A stretch of DNA of 54,198 nucleotides, taken from assembly GCA_964432675.1 (NCBI GenBank), contig CAYSOG010000008.1:1-54198 (forward strand), written 5' to 3'. The notes under the pieces were generated by a model. That model was not told the origin of the DNA. It made no database searches and saw nothing but the letters and a program-made list of their open reading frames with translations. Below are positions 27,625 to 37,394 of the stretch, piece after piece. A program made the translations under genes and the position numbers. The stretch comes from an uncultured Gammaproteobacteria bacterium. Its GTDB lineage: Bacteria > Patescibacteriota > Microgenomatia > CAYSOG01. Every line of letters begins with the position of its first letter. The first letter of the stretch is position 1.

Positions 27625-28170
27625 ATGTCAAAGATGTATACCAGGGCAGGAGATAGGGGGTTCACTGCGTTGATTGGCGGAGAGCGTGTTAGTAAATCGA
27701 ACTTGCGTGTTTCCTGTTATGGGACATTAGACGAGCTTAATGCTGTAATCGGTGTCATACGGTCACAACGTAATTTAGATAAGGAAATTGATGATAATTT
27801 AGGGCAGATACAGCGGAACCTATTCGCTTTAGGGTCCATTCTGGCGAATCCTGGCAGTAAGCAAACAAACCGGGCTATCACATTTGATAGCCAAGCTGAA
27901 ATCGACCGTCTAGAAAAACTAATTGACACTCTTGATGCTACTCTTCCCGAGCTAACCCAATTTATTTTACCCGGCGGGACTAAGACCGCAAGTTTACTGC
28001 ATTTGGCAAGAACGGTCGCGCGCCGGGCAGAACGGCTACTGGTTGCGCTTTCCGAGTCCGAAACAGTCGACGAATTGCATATTGCCTACCTTAACCGCGT
28101 CTCGTCTGCACTTTTTGTTTTTGCCAGGCACACGAATTTCCACCATAATGTCCGCGAAGAGACCTGGTAG
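27625..28170 (+). CDS. pduO: PduO-type ATP:cob(I)alamin adenosyltransferase
   Basis: MYTRAGDRG, YGTLDELNA, FILPGG, ARTVARRAER, YLNRVS. Confidence 0.9.
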   Translation: MSKMYTRAGDRGFTALIGGERVSKSNLRVSCYGTLDELNAVIGVIRSQRNLDKEIDDNLGQIQRNLFALGSILANPGSKQTNRAITFDSQAEIDRLEKLIDTLDATLPELTQFILPGGTKTASLLHLARTVARRAERLLVALSESETVDELHIAYLNRVSSALFVFARHTNFHHNVREETW

Positions 28171-28300
28171 GTTAAAAAGCAAGAATTGAAGCGGAAAATG
28201 CAAAATAACAGGTTAAAATTCAAAATGTTTAAGCTTTCTATTCAGTTCTTTTTACATTTTGCATTGTCATCTTAATTTATGCATTTTAATTTTGAACATT
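28171..28300. repeat. AT-rich ~7-nt-periodic inverted element (family with 5 copies in window)
   Basis: GCAAAATAACAGGTTAAAATTCAAAAT and inverted arm TTTTGCATTGTCATCTTAA. Confidence 0.6.
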
Positions 28301-28379
28301 AGAGTATACCTTCTGGCTTGATTTTATTAGGTATACGTCCTATAATGCATCCAACACATCTTTCTGCCTTTCATTGCTT

Positions 28380-28880
28380 ATGGAATCACGATTACGAACC
28401 GTCTTACCTGTTGTTGGCATTTTGTTAGTTATCATTATTGCATTAGTAGCATTTTTTATTACAAGAAGGGTGAGTAATTCCAGTTCCGACCAGGCAAACC
28501 AAAATACACCTTCTGATACGTCACGAGACCTTATTTTGCCTTCTACTTCAGCCTCACCGCTGGCTTCGGCAACGGCTAAGCCAAACACTTTACAGACGGT
28601 ACGGACAATTCCAAGAACGGGTATTGTTACAAATCCCGTGTCGTCATATCAGACCGTTATTACCGACAGCGGCTTTGCTGATGCGAAAATTAGTGTTACC
28701 CGCGGTATAGCTGTCACTTGGAAAAATACTGGTTCTAAGCCGCAATCCTTAATGATAGAAGGGTTATCTTCAGGCCCAATTCAACCAGGACAACAGTTCT
28801 CATATTTATTCGATACAACCAATAATTACACGATTACTGCTAATCCTTCTTCTACTTCTGAAGTAATTTCTGTACAATAA
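28380..28880 (+). CDS. TM-anchored cupredoxin-like fold protein, no obvious Cu ligands
   Basis: ITDSGF...VTWKN...PGQQFSYLF. Confidence 0.7.
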   Translation: MESRLRTVLPVVGILLVIIIALVAFFITRRVSNSSSDQANQNTPSDTSRDLILPSTSASPLASATAKPNTLQTVRTIPRTGIVTNPVSSYQTVITDSGFADAKISVTRGIAVTWKNTGSKPQSLMIEGLSSGPIQPGQQFSYLFDTTNNYTITANPSSTSEVISVQ

Positions 28881-28970
28881 AGTAAGGTTAGAGTGTGTTA
28901 AAGTTGATAGGTGAGGTGGCATAGTACATCCAGCAAACCATCAAACCCAATAACCCTAGTACTGAATTCT

Positions 28971-29585
28971 ATGAATAATCCACAACTGCCATTACAGGAT
29001 TGGAACGCATTTTATCAATCGGTGCCGGCTGACGATATACCCTGGGAAATAGGTGGCCCCTCCACAGAACTTATTCATGCGGTTGAAGATGGATTTATCG
29101 TACCCCCCGCGCGGGTATTAGATATCGGCTGCGGCCTTGGTAGCCAATCAATTTACCTTGCTAAAAACGGGTTTGAAGTGATTGGTGTTGATATAGCCCC
29201 TTCGGCAATAGACAAAGCCCAAAAACTAGCCAGGTTTTCCGAGGCAAAGGTGCAATTTGCGGTAGGCGACGCTACTTCCATGGCCTATACTACCGACTCG
29301 TTTGATATTGTCTATGATCGAGCTTGCTTTCATCACCTTAAGCCACAAGAACAGGAACGGTATAAATGGGAAGTCATGCGGGTATTAACAGAAGGAGGCG
29401 TTTATATTGTAACCATGTTCGCAGTCGCAGCATCGGGCGCTGTTATTGAGCAATTTTTCATGCCGCTTTTTGATTTGGTTGACGAAGAGACCTTTACTGT
29501 AGCCGAAAAAGCATCAGGTAATATGGTGACACTCCGAACGCTCTTTTTCGAAAAACGTTCCTCATTATTTTTTGAAGCAAACTAA
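28971..29585 (+). CDS. class I SAM-dependent methyltransferase (TPMT-like)
   Basis: PWE, VLDIGCGLG, FDIVYDRACFHHL. Confidence 0.9.
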   Translation: MNNPQLPLQDWNAFYQSVPADDIPWEIGGPSTELIHAVEDGFIVPPARVLDIGCGLGSQSIYLAKNGFEVIGVDIAPSAIDKAQKLARFSEAKVQFAVGDATSMAYTTDSFDIVYDRACFHHLKPQEQERYKWEVMRVLTEGGVYIVTMFAVAASGAVIEQFFMPLFDLVDEETFTVAEKASGNMVTLRTLFFEKRSSLFFEAN

Positions 29586-29631
29586 AAAAGGTATCAGGTA
29601 TTAAGTATTTATACCTAATACTCATCTAAAA

Positions 29632-29838
29632 ATGGCTATTACGCAGAAAAAAACGCGCGCAAATCACACTAGTATGAAAATGAGCAGAGTAATTCGCCCG
29701 CAACTAATTACCAAAGATAAGGGTGCAGAGAGTTTACTGTTTACTCACTGTGCCCAATGTGGGTTTCGAGTGGATAGCATTAAAGGTGATAGCCATAATT
29801 ATTGCAAAAACTGTGGTTTCCGAGATTCCTGCTGCTAA
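29632..29838 (+). CDS. small zinc-ribbon protein
   Basis: CAQCG...CKNCGFRDSCC. Confidence 0.65.
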   Translation: MAITQKKTRANHTSMKMSRVIRPQLITKDKGAESLLFTHCAQCGFRVDSIKGDSHNYCKNCGFRDSCC

Positions 29839-29898
29839 AAAAGTGGAACGGGGAAAGGTTAATCATTTCTTCCCACTTCCCGCTTTCTGCTGGCAAGT

Positions 29899-30873
29899 AT
29901 GAACTATATCGACATCCTTATTATTGGTATTTTAGGATACACCATGTATCGGGGTTACCAGCATGGTTTTTTAGTTGGTGTATTAAGTTTGGTTTCCACG
30001 CTACTTTCCTTATATTTTGCTATTTTGCTCTTTGCACCGATAGCACATTTTATTAGTATCCAATTTTCGATAAACGAAAAGGTGACGCCTATTTTAACCT
30101 TTTTAGGCTTAATTTTATTATTCGAAACAATTGGCAATGCTTTTATCGCGCTTATTGACCAATACATTATTTTATCAATTTACCGTATACGCCCCTTAGC
30201 TCAACTGGACAAAATTCTTGGTATTGTACCAGCTTTTTTAACAACTGCGTTATTAATAACACTGGTTATGTTACTGCCTGTAACATTGCCAGTATCGGAA
30301 CAATTGCGAAGTGACACTGAACAATCGTGGTGGGGCAAGAATGTCTTACCCGTCGCTTATGCCAATTTACCGAAGATTGAGAAATTAGCAAATAATTTAC
30401 CCACCGAAAGCTTATTGTACTTAATTCCAACCTCGCCGGAATCAGAAGAAAATATTCCTTTGCACTTGCCGCAACAATTAAGTCTTTCGATTGATGCTAA
30501 TTCGGAACAGCAAATGCTAACGCTTTTAAACCAGGAAAGAACAAGCCGAGGACTTAAACCATTAGTGTTGAGTCCTGCACTAACCCAAGTTGCCAGAGCG
30601 CAAAGTAAGGATATGTTTGAACGCCATTATTTTAGTCACGTTAACCCCGACGGCAAGTCACCGTTTGACCGCATGGAAGCTGCGGGTATCAGCTTTACTG
30701 TAGCTGGAGAAAACTTGGCTTATGCACCCGACGTTACCATTGCCCACAAAGGTTTGATGAATTCCCCCGGCCACCGCGAAAACATTCTCCGCCCCGAATT
30801 CGGCCACGTTGGCATTGGCGTGATCGACGGCGGTATCTACGGCAAAATGTTCACCCAAGATTTTACAAACTAA
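29899..30873 (+). CDS. CvpA-family membrane domain fused to CAP/SCP domain
   Basis: IDILI...GYQHGF...DKILG; NQERT..GL, YFSH, AGENLA, MNSPGHRENIL. Confidence 0.88.
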   Translation: MNYIDILIIGILGYTMYRGYQHGFLVGVLSLVSTLLSLYFAILLFAPIAHFISIQFSINEKVTPILTFLGLILLFETIGNAFIALIDQYIILSIYRIRPLAQLDKILGIVPAFLTTALLITLVMLLPVTLPVSEQLRSDTEQSWWGKNVLPVAYANLPKIEKLANNLPTESLLYLIPTSPESEENIPLHLPQQLSLSIDANSEQQMLTLLNQERTSRGLKPLVLSPALTQVARAQSKDMFERHYFSHVNPDGKSPFDRMEAAGISFTVAGENLAYAPDVTIAHKGLMNSPGHRENILRPEFGHVGIGVIDGGIYGKMFTQDFTN

Positions 30874-30891
30874 TACTTATTAATAGGGATA

Positions 30892-30933
30892 TAAAAAGAA
30901 AGAGCAGCGAGGAATTTATTTAAACCTCGCTGC
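30892..30933 (-). terminator. intrinsic terminator between convergent genes
   Basis: GCAGCGAGG...CCTCGCTGC with A-rich left flank. Confidence 0.7.
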
Positions 30934-30946
30934 GTATGAATTTAAA

Positions 30947-31267
30947 CTATATTCTAAGTAAACGCCATATATTCTTTTGCCGACGTTTGATATCATTTAA
31001 CTGTTTTTGGATCTTATCAGACTCGGTGTCAATAATGGTAGATGCTTCTGACACAGCCTGGATATCAGTTGGGTCAATGACCGAAAGATTATTGATCCTT
31101 TCACGATTTGCTTTAATAGACTGTCCGACAGCTGCTATTTCTACACCAATGCCCCGAAGTCTGATCGCAACAATAACAAGATATACTAGAACTACCATGA
31201 GAGAAAAGATAGCGGCATCAGCAACGATGTTAAGCAACTTCAGTCTCCTGGGTTGAGATGATGCCAT
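30947..31267 (-). CDS. TM + coiled-coil hypothetical protein
   Basis: 106-aa ORF co-oriented with the helicase gene. Confidence 0.6.
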   Translation of the reverse strand: MASSQPRRLKLLNIVADAAIFSLMVVLVYLVIVAIRLRGIGVEIAAVGQSIKANRERINNLSVIDPTDIQAVSEASTIIDTESDKIQKQLNDIKRRQKNIWRLLRI

Positions 31268-31311
31268 TATAGATCAATCGTTCTGCTAGTCAATAGATTT
31301 TGCCGCAACTT

Positions 31312-34300
31312 TTATAATTTGGCGGCAGTGTAGGGGCAGATTGGGCTATATGGGCAGTAGGTGCATGCCATGTATTCGGGATTGGCGTCGAAGGAGTTTT
31401 CGCGGATACCTTTGGCAGCCAAATTAATGAATTCCTCGGCTTGCTGCATGGTTTTTAGTGTGGGTTCGAAAGAACCGAAAATGCCGTCCTCAACGAAATA
31501 CAACGACAATTTCTTCGGCAATTTCCCGGTTAGTTTGTAATAAATTAAAGCGTAACAGGCAAGTTGTTTGCTGTCCTTGGCGCGGCGCAAAGCTTTTTCT
31601 TCATCCATATTTTCGGTCGTTTTAAAGTCGATAATATGGACTGAATCGCCGAGGTTATCGATGCGATCCATACGACCAATAAGACGGATATGACCGTCGA
31701 ACATTATCTTAAATGGCTTTTCGATTGCGGCAGGCACTTGGGGATTTTTGGCTTCGCGTTCGAAAAACTTTTTGAGGACAAGTTTACCTTGATCAAACCG
31801 TTGCATTTCGTGCTCTTCAGATAAGAAGCCTTCATCTGTCCAATTATGCTCATATATTTCTAACATTGCGGCCAGCGGCAACGTTTTGCCCTGCATCTTG
31901 GCCTGGTAAAAATGTTCGATTGCTTTGTGAATTGCGGCCCCATAGACGAACAAGTGATGTCTTGTTAGCGGAATTCGTAAGATAGCAGAATATTTATACT
32001 TCAGCGGACACGTCAAATAGTCCTCTATTTGTCCTTGGTTCAGCGATAAAAGCCGCTCGTCTTCCAGGGCAAACGTCATCTGCGTGTCCTTAATAGGCGT
32101 TGGGTTGGACGGTTTCGATCCCCAAAAAAGGTCCAATTGCTCCAGTTTTTTAGAAGTGGATGGAGCAAGCATAGTTTGAGGGATGTTTGCTTCCCCTAAT
32201 GTCTCGATTGCAAAAGGTGAAACCTTACGTAATCGTTTGCCACCATAATCTCTTGCCCAGGTAATATACAAAAGGTCTGCTGCCCGTGTTACTGCAACGT
32301 AAAACAACCGCCGTTCCTCTTCCAAATGAAAATCGCCTTCTGGTAGGGTTTCTTTGATTAAAGCAGTTGGCAAGGGGATTGGTTCCGACCGATCTCTCGA
32401 TGGAAATCTGTCCGCAACGGCGTTGGCAATAAATACCGTTTTAAACTCTAAGCCCTTCGCTGCGTGCACTGTCATAACATTCACACCATCGTACTCGACA
32501 TCAATCGTCGCAGTGCCTGGATCATCGCCAGCCTCACGTAAAATTTGTAAATATTCTACAAACGCTTTGGCCGAAGGGTCATTTGTGAGCTTTGTAAATT
32601 CGGCAATTTTATCGAAAAACTTCGAAATATTAGCCGCTTGCGTAGCGGCTTCAGCAGAATCTTCATTTTGCAGCTTCGTTAGGATACCTTTGTCAGCCAA
32701 AAATTGGTATAACACTTGCCCGACATTTTGGGTTTTAGCCAGTTCGCCGTAGGTTGTAATATCATCTTTCAAAGTTCTTATTGCCGCCGTGTCGTTCTCG
32801 GCAATTTCTAGCGTGCTACCTAACTCAGAAAGATGGTCAATTACCCAATAGAGTGGTTTTGACTTTCTGCTTGCCAGATCCATGAGTTTAATGAGGTTTT
32901 CCATTGGAAAGTCATAAAACGGCGCAATACACAAATTATAGAGTTGTAGGTTGTCATAAAAGTTTGTGATGACTGTAAGGAATGAAATAATTGTCCGAAT
33001 TTCTGGGCGCTCATATAATCCCGTTGTTCCAGTGAATTTATAGGGAATGCCGTGGGCTTGTAAAGTTTGCAATATTGGTTCGGCTTGTGAGTTAGCGCGG
33101 ACTAAAATGGCGATATCGTTATAATTAAGCGGTTGGTCAAAAGTTGGTTGGTGAGTTGTCAGATTGTTGGGTCGTAAGGTGTTGGGCACTTTGTCCATTT
33201 TGCTATTTTGGATTGTTGAGGTAAGCCGCTCAATTGCAGAAGCGATTGCTTCAACTTCGTCGTTCACCGCCCCCGCTGCTATAGTTTGGATAGGGAAACC
33301 GGCGTTGCCTTTTACAGCTTCAAGCTTTTTGACGATATTATGCTTGGCTTCTAAGCGGTCTGGATTATTGTGTTGGATTAAGCGATATGCGCCATCCAAG
33401 ACTGGCTGGGTAGAGCGGTAATTCGTTGTCAGGACAACCTGTTTGGCATTAGCATATGTTTCCTTGAATTCTAAGATATTAGAAATAGCCGCACCGCGAA
33501 AACGGTAAATCGATTGGTCATCGTCGCCGACAACGCAAATGTTTTTATGTTTCTTAGCCAAAAGTTTCACCAGCTCATTTTGGGCGAAGTTAGTATCTTG
33601 AAATTCATCCACCAGAATGTAGCGATATTTATTTTGGTAGGATTTCAGTAGGTGCGGCTGGTCCTGCAGAAGTTTGAGTGACTTTATTATTAAATCGCCG
33701 AAATCTAAGACACCAGCCTCGTTTTTAAAATTTTCGTACTGCATGTATACGCGTGCTAATTCTTGCTGCTTTGCGACTTCGATCGGGTCAATTGTTTCGT
33801 CTTTTTTGGCCTGTTTGGCCAGATTGTCGGTGTAAGTTTGGTATTCTTGCGGCGTAATACATTCGTCTTTGGCCCGGGAGATTAAGGCAATAAGAGCTTG
33901 AATAAACTTTGTTGGCGTTGATAATGGGCGATAATGGTTGAGCTCAAACCGGAATAAATTCTGCTGGAAAAAGAGGACTTGCTGGGGGTTGGATAAGACG
34001 CGGAAGTCGGATGGCAGGCCAATATCCAGAGCGCATTCCCGCAATAGTCGTTCGCCGAAACTGTGAAAAGTTGCGATAGTGGTATCAAATGCCCCAAAAG
34101 GCAATAATTGGTCCACCCGTTCTTCCATCTCATTGGCGGCTTTGTCGGTAAAGGTTAATGCTAGGATTTCTGAAGGCTTGGCTAGTTTTTGCCCTATTAG
34201 ATAGGCAATTCTTCGGGCAATGACGGTGGTTTTACCAGTGCCGGCGCCAGCTATAACCAATACCGGACCATCGGTACAGGTAACAGCCTCGCTTTGCTCG

Positions 34301-34347
34301 GTATTTAACCCAGCTAACAATGGAGATTTCTTTCCGTTTACAGACAT
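31312..34347 (-). CDS. UvrD/PcrA-type SF1 helicase fused to a C-terminal PD-(D/E)XK nuclease with 4-Cys Fe-S motif
   Basis: AGAGTGKT, LVDEFQD, VGDDDQSIY, MTVHAAKGLEF, EERRLFYVAVTRA; YLTCP...GRMDRID...IIDFKT...CTYCPYSPIC. Confidence 0.93.
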   Translation of the reverse strand: MSVNGKKSPLLAGLNTEQSEAVTCTDGPVLVIAGAGTGKTTVIARRIAYLIGQKLAKPSEILALTFTDKAANEMEERVDQLLPFGAFDTTIATFHSFGERLLRECALDIGLPSDFRVLSNPQQVLFFQQNLFRFELNHYRPLSTPTKFIQALIALISRAKDECITPQEYQTYTDNLAKQAKKDETIDPIEVAKQQELARVYMQYENFKNEAGVLDFGDLIIKSLKLLQDQPHLLKSYQNKYRYILVDEFQDTNFAQNELVKLLAKKHKNICVVGDDDQSIYRFRGAAISNILEFKETYANAKQVVLTTNYRSTQPVLDGAYRLIQHNNPDRLEAKHNIVKKLEAVKGNAGFPIQTIAAGAVNDEVEAIASAIERLTSTIQNSKMDKVPNTLRPNNLTTHQPTFDQPLNYNDIAILVRANSQAEPILQTLQAHGIPYKFTGTTGLYERPEIRTIISFLTVITNFYDNLQLYNLCIAPFYDFPMENLIKLMDLASRKSKPLYWVIDHLSELGSTLEIAENDTAAIRTLKDDITTYGELAKTQNVGQVLYQFLADKGILTKLQNEDSAEAATQAANISKFFDKIAEFTKLTNDPSAKAFVEYLQILREAGDDPGTATIDVEYDGVNVMTVHAAKGLEFKTVFIANAVADRFPSRDRSEPIPLPTALIKETLPEGDFHLEEERRLFYVAVTRAADLLYITWARDYGGKRLRKVSPFAIETLGEANIPQTMLAPSTSKKLEQLDLFWGSKPSNPTPIKDTQMTFALEDERLLSLNQGQIEDYLTCPLKYKYSAILRIPLTRHHLFVYGAAIHKAIEHFYQAKMQGKTLPLAAMLEIYEHNWTDEGFLSEEHEMQRFDQGKLVLKKFFEREAKNPQVPAAIEKPFKIMFDGHIRLIGRMDRIDNLGDSVHIIDFKTTENMDEEKALRRAKDSKQLACYALIYYKLTGKLPKKLSLYFVEDGIFGSFEPTLKTMQQAEEFINLAAKGIRENSFDANPEYMACTYCPYSPICPYTAAKL

Positions 34348-34531
34348 ACTCTCACTTGAGAATTGTATTAAGTATCAGGTATTAATACGTAATCCTTTTT
34401 TGTGTTCCTATTGTAACATGGTAATGAAATATTTGCCGAAGTTTTTACGAAGCTTTAAAGAAAAAAATTGCCCGGGTACTGGATTTTTGGCCAGTGGACC
34501 CGGGCTTTTTGATACATTTACATAAAGAAGG

Positions 34532-35653
34532 TTACGTTATACGCCGGTTCTCCAACGATTGTGACAATTTTACAGCCTGTTCCATGACCAATTCCCGATC
34601 ATTGTCATCGGTCATCCCACGCAGTACCGAGAGGAGTTCATCTTCAGACTCAGACAATTGTGCTTGTGTGCCCCGTAGTGATGAAGCAAGCTGCAAGCAC
34701 TCTATCATAGTCTTTCCTGCAACCTGCAAAAGTTCTTCGAGCTTTTCGAGCTTTTCGTTGAAGGTATCAGGATATTCATCAATCACAACAGCACTATCAA
34801 CAGTTTCACCGTCACTGGATTGCAATAGAGCCCCGGCTAACCCTTCGCCGATATCAAGTGACCGCCCGTTTTGTTGATTGGCTTCGGCGGTTTGGCCAGG
34901 AACGTCGCTTGGCTTAATTGTTAGATCGTCTACTGATACTCCTAAGGTGTCAGCAATCTTCTTCCGGCTCTCCATCGATGGGCTAATTTCGTTCCGTACT
35001 ATGCGCGCCATTACTGGAATTGGTAAACCGGCTTCAACTGCTAAGTCTTTGGGTTCGGCAAAGCCCTTAACCCTCATCCAGGCAGCAATTGTGTCGCCAA
35101 TAAGGGCTGGGTTTGGTGATTGCCGTGGTTGGATCACTTGCGGGCCTTTCTCAAGCTCGGATACTGTAATGCCTAGCGCTTGGGCAAGCTTTTCCCGACT
35201 TTCCGGTTGTGGATTATAGCTGCCTCGGGCAAAACCGGCAACAGCGCCAGGTGGCAACCCGGCCAAGTGGGCTAGCTCCTTGGTCTCTTGAATGCCTCTG
35301 GCTGCCATCCAGGCGATAAGGCTGGTAGAAATCATTGGAGATTGAGCTGGTTGTTGTGTGCTTGTGTCCATCATCTTGCTTCTCCGTTTCGTCTCATTTC
35401 TGTACTCCTCGTCGATGTCTTCACCTTTAGGGAATGGGAATGTTAGGTCGGTATACTGCCAGTTTTTTCCTTGGATGATTTGTGCTATTTGCCGGTGCAG
35501 GGAACTATGCGACCGAAGTTTAAGCAGCTTAGTAAGCAGCGCGTTCCGTTCTTCGTCGGTTAAATCAGCGCCGCATTGTAAGCAACTGCAATTGTTATCA
35601 CGGTCGAAGAATAGGTCGCCGTGGCACCTGCGGCATCCTTGTAGGACAAGGAT
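34532..35653 (-). CDS. tandem XRE/Cro HTH regulator with an unannotated in-frame N-terminal zinc-ribbon extension (putative ATC start)
   Basis: Two HTH repeats in 34532..35374; the frame stays open 93 codons upstream, encoding CRRCHGDL...CLQCG. Confidence 0.65.
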   Translation of the reverse strand: MLVLQGCRRCHGDLFFDRDNNCSCLQCGADLTDEERNALLTKLLKLRSHSSLHRQIAQIIQGKNWQYTDLTFPFPKGEDIDEEYRNETKRRSKMMDTSTQQPAQSPMISTSLIAWMAARGIQETKELAHLAGLPPGAVAGFARGSYNPQPESREKLAQALGITVSELEKGPQVIQPRQSPNPALIGDTIAAWMRVKGFAEPKDLAVEAGLPIPVMARIVRNEISPSMESRKKIADTLGVSVDDLTIKPSDVPGQTAEANQQNGRSLDIGEGLAGALLQSSDGETVDSAVVIDEYPDTFNEKLEKLEELLQVAGKTMIECLQLASSLRGTQAQLSESEDELLSVLRGMTDDNDRELVMEQAVKLSQSLENRRIT

Positions 35654-35758
35654 TGTACGCCCCTTTCTTTCTCATGCAAATGTTAAGGTTCTGAGGTGAG
35701 AACTGGCATGATTGTAGCAAATTACAAGAGAATTAACAAGACTATAGGGCCTAAACTG

Positions 35759-36820
35759 TTATTGGGTGATGTGAAGAAGAGTATCGTCTTGGCCATCAGA
35801 ATCGATTGAGAGCTGTTTTACAGCGCTGCTATCAGCTGAAGTGGTATTAGTATCTGCCAAGAGCTGTGCCGTTTGCATTTTTGTCGCAATTTGCTCATGA
35901 CGTTTTAAGGCTTCATCGGCCGCGTTGGTCGTATTACGGGCGTGTTTTGAAACCAAAAGCAACGTTTCACCAAGCTTTTCATTTTCAATTTTCAAAGAAG
36001 AAAACAGGCGCATAATTTGCTTCGTCGCCGCTTCTATTTTTTGGCCCTGCAGGCCAAAGAGAATCAATTTAAGGAAATAGAGAAAGGTGTTGGGTGAGAC
36101 CGGCCAGATGCAGCGGTTATGGGCATATTGCATAAGCTTATCATCACAAACAATTTCTTGATAGATTGGTTCGGAAGGAATATACATGACAGCAAAGTCA
36201 GTTGTGCCTTCGTCAGGTAAAATATATTTCTTGGCGATATCATCGATATGCTTTTTAACATCGCGTTGGAAATCGCGCTTGGCTTCTTCGTGTGCAGCTT
36301 CAGATTTCGCATCTACCATTTTTTTGAAATTTTCGGTTGGAAACTTGGCATCAATAGCGATATAACCCTTGTCGATTTTAAGGCAAGCGTCAACAATCGC
36401 GCCGCTTTTAAACGGATACTGCATGTGGAAACTTTCTTTTGGCAAAGTTTGTTCCAAAAGATCTTGGAGAATAAATTCACCAACGCCACCACGTAGCTTC
36501 GGCGAGCGGAGAAATGCCTGGAAATCCTGCATTGAACGACCGATTTCGCTCATTTCACCGAGATTCCTTGAAACTTCTGAGATAACCTGAGCTGCTTTGT
36601 CGAGCCGCTCGTTGAACGTACCGATATTTTTGTCTAGGCTACCGCGCATTTGGCCCATTTGTCCGGAAATATCAAGCATGCGCTGGTTAAATTGTTCGGT
36701 TAAAAGTTGGAGTTTTTTATCGTCTGAAGCTGGAGTAGAGAGCTTTTTGAGCTGCCAATAGATAATACCACCCACGGCAGCAATAAATCCCACAATAATA
36801 AGCAGTTGTTCTGTTGTCAT
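35759..36820 (-). CDS. rmuC: DNA recombination protein RmuC
   Basis: PKLRGGVGE, AIDAKFP, KKYILP..GTTDFAVMYIPSE, VSPNT. Confidence 0.92.
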   Translation of the reverse strand: MTTEQLLIIVGFIAAVGGIIYWQLKKLSTPASDDKKLQLLTEQFNQRMLDISGQMGQMRGSLDKNIGTFNERLDKAAQVISEVSRNLGEMSEIGRSMQDFQAFLRSPKLRGGVGEFILQDLLEQTLPKESFHMQYPFKSGAIVDACLKIDKGYIAIDAKFPTENFKKMVDAKSEAAHEEAKRDFQRDVKKHIDDIAKKYILPDEGTTDFAVMYIPSEPIYQEIVCDDKLMQYAHNRCIWPVSPNTFLYFLKLILFGLQGQKIEAATKQIMRLFSSLKIENEKLGETLLLVSKHARNTTNAADEALKRHEQIATKMQTAQLLADTNTTSADSSAVKQLSIDSDGQDDTLLHITQ

Positions 36821-36863
36821 ACACTCTCACTAATTTGGACAGCATGATTATACCACGAGGAGG

Positions 36864-36954
36864 AAAAATCAAGAATTAAAATGAAAAAAGCAAAATTACG
36901 TAGCAAAATGTAACAATAACTTGTTTGTGAGTTGTATCAAACTTTTTGATTTTT
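36864..36954. repeat. AT-rich periodic element copy
   Basis: GCAAAATTACGTAGCAAAATGT core. Confidence 0.5.
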
Positions 36955-36967
36955 GTTATTATATGGT

Positions 36968-37336
36968 GTGGAACAGAAAATATTAGAAAAGAAGACAAAC
37001 TGGCAGGCGAAACTTATTCCTATTGGCTTTTGCTGGATTTTATTTATTGCTATCAATTCAACGATTAACCAAGCACCTTATGATAAAAGCCAGTTATCAG
37101 TAGAACAGGCGCTGCTTTTTTTCTTGCCTTTATTCGCCGCGTTTTATTTTAGTTTTGCATTTCTATTACGTTCTAAGCGGAGAGGTATTTTGGTAAGCTT
37201 GCTAGTTTCTGGCTTATTGCTATTGCGCTTATTCTCACTCACTTCACCTATAAATGTACTGCTATTAGGCACATTGCTAGTATTTATGGAATGGGTTTTC
37301 ACAAGACATTTGCCAAGAAGGTTGCCGAAAAAGTAA
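36968..37336 (+). CDS. 4-TM hypothetical membrane protein
   Basis: RSKRRGILVS...LLLLRLF...INVLL; start uncertain. Confidence 0.65.
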   Translation: MEQKILEKKTNWQAKLIPIGFCWILFIAINSTINQAPYDKSQLSVEQALLFFLPLFAAFYFSFAFLLRSKRRGILVSLLVSGLLLLRLFSLTSPINVLLLGTLLVFMEWVFTRHLPRRLPKK

Positions 37337-37348
37337 GCATCATAGAAT

Positions 37349-37388
37349 AAAAAAAGCCACGTTCATGTGTTTGTGCACTGAACGTGGC
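37349..37388 (-). terminator. intrinsic terminator
   Basis: A7-GCCACGTTCA...TGAACGTGGC. Confidence 0.75.
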
Positions 37389-37394
37389 AAATAA

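Noticed and set aside
35358-35699. Plus-strand 113-aa Cys-containing ORF
   Set aside because: Antisense to the better-supported minus-strand zinc-ribbon frame, which has an SD and a CxxC...CxxC pattern
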